The position numbers and the translations under genes are program-made. 64,000 bases of DNA, from NCBI GenBank assembly GCA_035400945.1, contig DAONAJ010000010.1:1840-65839 (forward strand). Direction: 5' to 3'. The notes beneath the pieces were generated by a model that made no database searches, had not been told where the DNA came from, and saw only the letters and a program-made list of their open reading frames with translations. Origin of the DNA: Spirochaetota bacterium. Its GTDB lineage: Bacteria > Spirochaetota > UBA4802 > UBA5550. Shown piece after piece: positions 58,022 through 64,000 of this stretch (position 1 is its first letter; each line of letters begins with the position of its first letter).

Positions 58022-58432
58022 TTACTTGTTTTCTGCAACTGTCTGTATTGCGATTTCATCCGGGTACTTCTTCTGCATGTCCAGCATGCCGATTAAAAAC
58101 GATTCAAGAAGAACCCGCGTGATAGTCTTCTGCTCGGCGCCCATGGCATCAAAATGAATCCGGATAGTCATGATGCCTTCCTTGATGGTATAGTCAGGGT
58201 TGATGCCGGCTATTATCGTTATCGAACGCAATAGCGTAAGCGCTGAAAATGACACTGCCGCGCAAATCAGGTTGTATCCCCTGGATCCTTCCTTTTTGGC
58301 GGTTGCGCTTTTAGTGCCTTCGGCACTGAATAGCGCGTGACCCTCGATGGCCACTTTTATTATTCCGCTGCCGTCAACATTGCAGCGCAGTTCGTTATCA
58401 TATTGAATGTTATGATACGTTACTGTTATCAA
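58022..58432 (-). CDS. Prp-like (DUF464) cysteine protease homologue
   Basis: It sits between rplU and rpmA. It has a GHA...ICAAVS His/Cys dyad pattern with a longer His-Cys spacer than S. aureus Prp. Confidence 0.7.
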   Translation of the reverse strand: MITVTYHNIQYDNELRCNVDGSGIIKVAIEGHALFSAEGTKSATAKKEGSRGYNLICAAVSFSALTLLRSITIIAGINPDYTIKEGIMTIRIHFDAMGAEQKTITRVLLESFLIGMLDMQKKYPDEIAIQTVAENK

Positions 58433-58440
58433 TTCAGCTG

Positions 58441-58755
58441 TTAACTGACTGTCAGTTCGTTAATTTTTATCTGCGAATAATTTTGCCTGTGGCCGATGGT
58501 GCGCTCATGGCGTTTCCGTTTCTGGAACTTGATGCCCCTGACCTTTTCGCCCTTGAACTCGCCCAGCACTTTTGCCGTGATCTTCACGTTCTTGAGGTAA
58601 GGCTGACCGATCATGACCTTGTCGTCGCCTGATACCATAAGAATTTTGTCTATGATCAATTCATCGTTCGCTTTTTTTTCAAGCAGGTCTACGCTGATCG
58701 TAGAATCTTTTTCAACTTTGTACTGCTTTCCTGAAATTTCAACTATTGCATACAT
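58441..58755 (-). CDS. rplU: 50S ribosomal protein L21
   Basis: MYAIVEISGKQYKV... Confidence 0.95.
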   Translation of the reverse strand: MYAIVEISGKQYKVEKDSTISVDLLEKKANDELIIDKILMVSGDDKVMIGQPYLKNVKITAKVLGEFKGEKVRGIKFQKRKRHERTIGHRQNYSQIKINELTVS

Positions 58756-58790
58756 ACCGTAATTATCCTTCCACTGATTCTGTAAATAAA

Positions 58791-58864
58791 TGGGCCCAGA
58801 AGGAATCGAACCTTCGACCCCCTGATTATGAGTCAGATGCTCTAACCGACTGAGCTATGGGCCC
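58791..58864 (-). tRNA. tRNA with CAT anticodon (elongator Met or lysidine-dependent Ile2; not an initiator)
   Basis: Reverse complement GGGCCCATAGCTCAGTCGGTTAGAGCATCTGACTCATAATCAGGGGGTCGAAGGTTCGATTCCTTCTGGGCCCA. The anticodon stem has no GGG/CCC. Confidence 0.85.
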
Positions 58865-59002
58865 TGTTTAGAGTGTCAATAGACACAACTAGTCAAATTA
58901 TGTCAAGAAAATATTTGAAAAGAGCGGTTCCATCTATCTTAAATTGAATAAACATATAGCATAAATGTCATTTTAATAAGTCGGGAATGAAGTGGCTGAT
59001 GT

Positions 59003-60064
59003 TTACAAGAAAGAAACGAGGTTGCGGCCGTTTCGTTTTGACATGTACAGGGCCTTGTCAGCCCTTTCAATGAGGGTGTTTTTCGTTTTATCTAGGTCTG
59101 CATCGTACTGGGTGACGCCGATGGAAATAGTGGCCCTGAGCTCCTTGTTGTCATACACCACACTGGACTTTTCTATGTTCTGACGGATCCGTTCGGCCAC
59201 GACCAGCGCTTCATGTATCTCTGTCCCGGGCAGGATCACAGAAAATTCCTCTCCGCCGTACCGGGAAGGGACATCGTTCTGGCGAATGCTTTCCCGGATA
59301 ATTTTGGCCACATTGATGAGCACCATGTCGCCGGCCTGGTGGCCGTAGGCGTCATTAAGCTTCTTGAAATGGTCTATATCGGCCATGATGACCGACAGGG
59401 GCCGGCTGAGCCTGTTGGCGCGGTTTATTTCCTCGATGAGCATCGTATGGAAATAGTGATGGATCTTCAGCTTGGTCATCATGTCGGTGGTGGCCATTTC
59501 ATAGAGGGACGCGTTGTGTATGGCGATACCCGCGAGGGAGGCAATGTCAAGGAGGTATTCTTTTTCGGTTTCGGTGAATTCTTTGGTGTTGATACGGTCA
59601 CCGAGGATAATAAGGCCGTTGAGAATGCCCTTGCACATGAGGGGGACGATCAGGTTGGGCTTCAGCATCTTCAGTATGGCCAGTGATTTCTCGTTGTCCA
59701 CGCCTTCCTCGAGCTCGGAAAGGGAGTAGCACTTGAAGTTTTTTTCCATGTGGTGGATAACGTCCGAATCAGGTTCCAGCTCGTAATCAATGGAATGGTC
59801 CACCTCGAATCCCTTGTAATTGCGGTGGAGGGCGAAATTTTCATGGCCGATGCCCTTCTTGAGAAAAATACCTGCCATGAGGAGCTGCATCTGCCCCATG
59901 CAGGTAAGAAGTATGGAATCGATAAGAATGTTGTACTCGAGTGTGGAGTTCAGCCCCTTACTGATCTCTATGAGCTGCTTGAGGTCGTATATCTTGCGTT
60001 CATACTGCTCGATTTCCACCGGGAACTGTATAACAAAATTTGAATCGTCTTTATGTGCCATCAT
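59003..60064 (-). CDS. GAF-like sensor plus GGDEF diguanylate cyclase
   Basis: GGEEF active site with an RQND I-site five residues upstream. DIDHFKKLNDAYGHQAGD. Confidence 0.85.
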   Translation of the reverse strand: MMAHKDDSNFVIQFPVEIEQYERKIYDLKQLIEISKGLNSTLEYNILIDSILLTCMGQMQLLMAGIFLKKGIGHENFALHRNYKGFEVDHSIDYELEPDSDVIHHMEKNFKCYSLSELEEGVDNEKSLAILKMLKPNLIVPLMCKGILNGLIILGDRINTKEFTETEKEYLLDIASLAGIAIHNASLYEMATTDMMTKLKIHHYFHTMLIEEINRANRLSRPLSVIMADIDHFKKLNDAYGHQAGDMVLINVAKIIRESIRQNDVPSRYGGEEFSVILPGTEIHEALVVAERIRQNIEKSSVVYDNKELRATISIGVTQYDADLDKTKNTLIERADKALYMSKRNGRNLVSFL

Positions 60065-60070
60065 GCAACC

Positions 60071-60790
60071 TTACATGAAGCGGGCGATTGCTTCATGGAG
60101 ATTTATCCTGCCGTCATAGACTGCTTTGCCGGTAATGCATCCCTTCAGGCCGGAACCTTCGAATCGGGAGAGAGCCTCTATGTCGCTGATCGAAGAGATC
60201 CCGCCTGATGCAATGAGACCAATATTCTTAAATTTTTCAAGTATTTCTTGAATGGCGCCAAGATTTGGCCCGGTCAGCATGCCGTCAGTGGCAATATCGG
60301 TATAAATGACATCCGTTATGCCGTAGCCGCTGATTTCCCTGATGAGGTCCATTGCCTTCATGGAGGAGGCCTTTTTCCATCCATGGGTCGCCACCATCGA
60401 ATTTTTCGCGTCAATGCCGGCAACCAGTATATCGCGGAATTTCCCGGTCATCGACTTGAAGGACTCCTCGAGTATGACCGTGCCCACGATTATGCGCCGT
60501 ATGCCCATGTCCGCGTACATCGAAACGGCTTCAGCGGTGCGGATGCCTCCGCCTATCTCAACCGGAACTGAAACGGCTGAAGCGATGGCCGAAACGATGG
60601 CATGGTTTACCGGCTTCCCCTCGAATGCGCCGTCCAGGTCCACCACGTGAATGAGCTTGGCGCCGGCATCCTCGAAGCGCTTCGCGACATCGACGGGACT
60701 GCTTGAGTAAACGGTTTCCTTGTCGGGATCGCCCTGCAGGAGCCTCACGCAGTTGCCGTTTTTTATATCTATGGCCGGAATGATCAGCAC
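60071..60790 (-). CDS. hisA: ProFAR isomerase
   Basis: MLIIPAIDIKNGNCVRL...GGGIR... Confidence 0.9.
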   Translation of the reverse strand: MLIIPAIDIKNGNCVRLLQGDPDKETVYSSSPVDVAKRFEDAGAKLIHVVDLDGAFEGKPVNHAIVSAIASAVSVPVEIGGGIRTAEAVSMYADMGIRRIIVGTVILEESFKSMTGKFRDILVAGIDAKNSMVATHGWKKASSMKAMDLIREISGYGITDVIYTDIATDGMLTGPNLGAIQEILEKFKNIGLIASGGISSISDIEALSRFEGSGLKGCITGKAVYDGRINLHEAIARFM

Positions 60791-61392
60791 ACGGCCCTCA
60801 CAAAATTCTCGACGATTTTCAATCCCACGGTATGGCTTTTTTCGGGGTGGAACTGGGTGGCGATGATATTCCCCTTTCCCACAATGCAGGGGAAGCTCTT
60901 CCCGTATTCCACTTCACCTATGACCCAGCTGCGGTCCCTGACCTCGGGATAGTAGGAATGAATGAAATAAAAGTAGCTCCCCGAAGGGATGCCGTCAAGG
61001 GCCGTCGATTCATGAAGGAGGTCTACGGTGTTCCACCCCATGTGGGGAACCTTCAGGTCTTCATCGTTGAATCTGACGACGTCGCCGGGGATGATGTCGA
61101 GGCCGCGGTGCGATCCGAATTCCTCGCTCGTGGAGAAGAGAAGCTGGAAGCCGAGGCATATGCCGAAGAAGTGGCCGCCACCGGAAATGAAGTCGTGGAT
61201 CGGCCCGATCCATCCCCGGGCGGACAGGTTCTCCATGGCCATCCCGAAGGCGCCGTCGCCCGGCATGATGAGTGCGTCTGATTTTTCCACCGAGGATGGG
61301 TCGTCGGAGACCGCCACACGGTCGGTATACTTTTCAACAGCCTTGACGACAGACCTGAGGTTTCCCATCCCGTAATCTATAACCGTGATCAT
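60784..61392 (-). CDS. hisH: Imidazole glycerol phosphate synthase, glutaminase subunit
   Basis: ITVIDYGMGNLRSV, GICLGFQ and HSY motifs. Confidence 0.9.
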   Translation of the reverse strand: MITVIDYGMGNLRSVVKAVEKYTDRVAVSDDPSSVEKSDALIMPGDGAFGMAMENLSARGWIGPIHDFISGGGHFFGICLGFQLLFSTSEEFGSHRGLDIIPGDVVRFNDEDLKVPHMGWNTVDLLHESTALDGIPSGSYFYFIHSYYPEVRDRSWVIGEVEYGKSFPCIVGKGNIIATQFHPEKSHTVGLKIVENFVRAVC

Positions 61393-61979
61393 AGCATTCC
61401 CTTTGTGGAAGGGACCTCCCCTTTCAATGAATCATCCCTGCAGGAAGCCTTGTACAGGGCTATCCCCAGGGCCTTGAATATTGTTTCGTGCACATGGTGC
61501 TTGTTCTGACCGTAATATACCATGACGTGGAGGTTCAGCCCGGCATTGACGGCGAAGGCCCGGAGGAATTCATCGGTCAATTCTTCGCTGTAGGTCGCGA
61601 TGGAGCCGTTGAGCAGTGGGCCGGTGTACTTGTAAAACGGCCTTCCGGATATGTCGACCGCCACCATGGTAAGGGCGTCGTCCATCGGGATTGTCGCATC
61701 TCCGAAGCGGACAATGCCGGCCTTGTCGCCCAGGGCCTGCTTGAAGGCCTGGCCGATGCATATACCGACATCCTCAACGGAGTGGTGATCATCGATTTCA
61801 TTGTCTCCCGTGCAGGCAAGGTTGAGGCGGAACCTGCCGTGGCGGGACATCGCTTCCAGCATGTGGTCAAAGAAGGGGACGCCGCTGCTAATTGCTGATT
61901 TCTGGATGCTGTCCAGAAGCAGGTCCACCGTTATGTCCGTTTCCTTTGTTTTTCTTGCTACCGATCCTTTCCTTTCCAT
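61389..61979 (-). CDS. hisB: Imidazoleglycerol-phosphate dehydratase
   Basis: RKTKETDI, DDHHSVEDVGI and HHVHETIFKA. Confidence 0.9.
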   Translation of the reverse strand: MERKGSVARKTKETDITVDLLLDSIQKSAISSGVPFFDHMLEAMSRHGRFRLNLACTGDNEIDDHHSVEDVGICIGQAFKQALGDKAGIVRFGDATIPMDDALTMVAVDISGRPFYKYTGPLLNGSIATYSEELTDEFLRAFAVNAGLNLHVMVYYGQNKHHVHETIFKALGIALYKASCRDDSLKGEVPSTKGML

Positions 61980-61990
61980 GATGGAACCGC

Positions 61991-64000
61991 CTAAAAATCA
62001 AATCCGATGCTCAATAACATGTTTGTCTGCCTGATTGACTTATTATCAAAGGGCCAAGCAAAGTCAAGTTTTAAAATTAATAGGGGGCTGACCGCCATTC
62101 TGAGGCCGGCCCCGAAATCCATTTTTAAATCATCAAGGCGCCCCGTCTTTTTGTCAACAAATCTATACATTCCATCCCAGGCTGATCCTGCGTCAAAAAA
62201 CATGACGAAGGCGAAATTTCCCAGGCCGCCACGAAGGGGTAACCCGAACGTGTTCCAGTCAACGGGCGTGAGAAGCAATTCGGCATTGAACAAAAACATG
62301 TTCCTGCCGGATATTGAATTCAGCTCGTATCCCCGAAGGCTGCCGAACCCTCCCAGGTAATGCTTGAATTTGCCATTGTCGGTGCCGACCAGGGTTCCTC
62401 CGGCCCCGTGAAGGAGCAGGATAACATGCCTGTCCAGGAAAAAATGGTGCCTGAAATCGGCCCCGAGGCGGGTATAATCCTTTTTACCGATAAAATCAAA
62501 GGCATGCTCGGCTGTGATTCGCAGACGTGAGCCCCTGACCGGGGCCATGAGGCCCCTTCGTTCCGTGTTGTATTCCCCTGTGCAGGACAGAGCCCCGAAG
62601 GTCATGCGGAGATTATGGTTCATGTCAGGATAATGGTATGACTTCTCATATCTTCCCGCTGATCCGGTAATGGTAAAATCGAAGGATCTGTGTAGACCTA
62701 TGCGGGCAGAAATATGCCCGCCATAATGCTCCATGCCATGAACGCCGAAGGATGGATTCTGCGAAAGGCCGTATATCGTCTCAAGGGTATTTGCATCCAG
62801 GGGGCTGCTCTGGCGGAACAGGCCAAAGCCAAGCACCGCGCGGGATATCCGCAGGTAATATGCAAGGCTTGCATTGACGTCATTCTTATGGGGCTCCCGG
62901 ATATAACTGGCTTCAAGGACCAGCCGATGACGCCCCATGTAATCACCCAGTCCTGCCCGCAGATAGCAAAGATATCCGTCGTCCATAGTCCCGCCAGAAC
63001 CGAGTTTGAGGTATTCCGGCCTTATAATAGGTTGATACTGGTGGAAGACATACTCCCGGGGATCGACATAGGATTCCCTGTATAGAGCCGGCGATAGGAC
63101 AGCTTCGCCCCTAGAGAGATCGTAAGGCAGTGTGTCGCCAATGGTTCCCGCATAGATATAATTGTCAGTGCCGTTGGGTGCCGTGAAAATAAAGGATTGT
63201 GATCCTTTCAGCCACCGGGGATTGTCAGCTTTAGAAGGATGATCCTTCAGTTTCATGAGGGTTCTGGCGGCGAAATCATAGACGCATAGGCGGCGGAATC
63301 CGTTCCCTTCTGAAATAAACAGCAGCTTTTTGCCGTCAGGGGAAATCTCACCCTGGATATTGCTTTCCCCTGCGGATATCAGCTCCGTCCGCCTGCCAGT
63401 TCTGATGTCAATCTGATATATGCGGTATCCGACTGACGAAGGGTTGCCTTTCGTGTTCCAGTTGGATGAAAAAATGACGCTGCCGCCGTCTGGAGAGAGA
63501 ACAGGGTAACGGTCGTGGAAATCGTCATCCGTTATCCTGCTGATTGTGTTCCTGTTTCGGTCCAATATGTAGATGTCTTCGGCGGTTCCGGCAACTGCGG
63601 AGAAGACCAGATACTTACCGTCTGCTGAAAGTGACGGATCCTTTACCAGAGAAAAGGGAAGCGGTTTTGAGTCTACTATCCTTCCCGATACCGTATCGAG
63701 AAAAGCAAGGCATGGACTGCCTTTCTTTTTTCCCGCCAGCACGATGGTTCTGCCATCCGGGCTCCAGGAAAGCCTGTTGTATGGATGGGCAACAGGAGTG
63801 ATCCCGTTGCAGATTCCGCCTTTCAGCAGGGTCCTGGCATGTCTCATGCTGATGATATGCCCGGACGGTGCGTCCAGGATCAGCAGTTCCCCCGTGCCGT
63901 TATGTACGCGAAAGGCCGCGATTTTTGTTCCGTCCGGGGAAGCTGCAGGTATCATGAAGCGCGCGGATGTCCCGGCCGTGATGCAGGTCTTCCCTGGTTT
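61991..64000 (-). CDS. PD40 (TolB-like) beta-propeller fused to an Omp85/D15-type barrel. The N-terminus lies beyond the window.
   Basis: Repeated SPDG motifs (ASPDGTKIAAF, WSPDGRTIVLAG, LSADGKYLVFSA, LSPDGGSVIFSS, ISPDGKKLLFIS). The C-terminus reads LGGFGSLRGY...FDAGSAW...LLSIGFDF. The frame stays open upstream of the first ATG to position 64000. Confidence 0.7.
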   Translation of the reverse strand, partial: KPGKTCITAGTSARFMIPAASPDGTKIAAFRVHNGTGELLILDAPSGHIISMRHARTLLKGGICNGITPVAHPYNRLSWSPDGRTIVLAGKKKGSPCLAFLDTVSGRIVDSKPLPFSLVKDPSLSADGKYLVFSAVAGTAEDIYILDRNRNTISRITDDDFHDRYPVLSPDGGSVIFSSNWNTKGNPSSVGYRIYQIDIRTGRRTELISAGESNIQGEISPDGKKLLFISEGNGFRRLCVYDFAARTLMKLKDHPSKADNPRWLKGSQSFIFTAPNGTDNYIYAGTIGDTLPYDLSRGEAVLSPALYRESYVDPREYVFHQYQPIIRPEYLKLGSGGTMDDGYLCYLRAGLGDYMGRHRLVLEASYIREPHKNDVNASLAYYLRISRAVLGFGLFRQSSPLDANTLETIYGLSQNPSFGVHGMEHYGGHISARIGLHRSFDFTITGSAGRYEKSYHYPDMNHNLRMTFGALSCTGEYNTERRGLMAPVRGSRLRITAEHAFDFIGKKDYTRLGADFRHHFFLDRHVILLLHGAGGTLVGTDNGKFKHYLGGFGSLRGYELNSISGRNMFLFNAELLLTPVDWNTFGLPLRGGLGNFAFVMFFDAGSAWDGMYRFVDKKTGRLDDLKMDFGAGLRMAVSPLLILKLDFAWPFDNKSIRQTNMLLSIGFDF

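Overview
This window is mostly conserved chromosomal backbone from a diderm, probably anaerobic bacterium. All calls come from reading the ORF translations and the DNA by eye; no searches were run. I cannot assign a taxon.

Core genes recognised:
- nadA, rph, hflX, secA, aspS
- the phoH / 7TM-HD / ybeY operon
- tilS-ftsH, recG, xerD-like recombinase, spoIID-like, queA
- the Nif3 / DUF164 / RNase HI cluster
- recJ, ispF
- rplU / prp-like / rpmA / obg / proB
- hisB-hisH-hisA
- tRNA-Asn, tRNA-Tyr, tRNA-Thr and a CAT-anticodon tRNA

A notable block at 45.0-55.5 kb holds a complete tetrapyrrole super-operon. It uses the siroheme-dependent (Ahb) alternative haem route.

The only clearly accessory segment is 1.1-4.1 kb. 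Three toxin-first type II TA modules (DUF4258-like/RHH-like, HigB/HigA, MqsR/MqsA) sit in a tandem cassette-like array. The cassettes are separated by roughly 130-195 bp repeats. Each repeat copies the 3' end and terminator of the adjacent tRNA-Asn and also carries an imperfect palindrome made of opposed T-arm copies. No recombinase is visible nearby. This is my best candidate for something not previously described.

Other points worth a second look:
- an outer-membrane protein whose signal peptide and barrel are split by an A8 run
- a Prp-type protease gene between L21 and an L27 that has no propeptide
- an orphan GcvH-like protein lacking the canonical lipoyl-lysine
- a TolC/MacA/MacB-ATPase operon with no permease, ending in a pure A/T tract
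- a PD40 propeller fused to an Omp85 barrel
- several structured non-coding stretches
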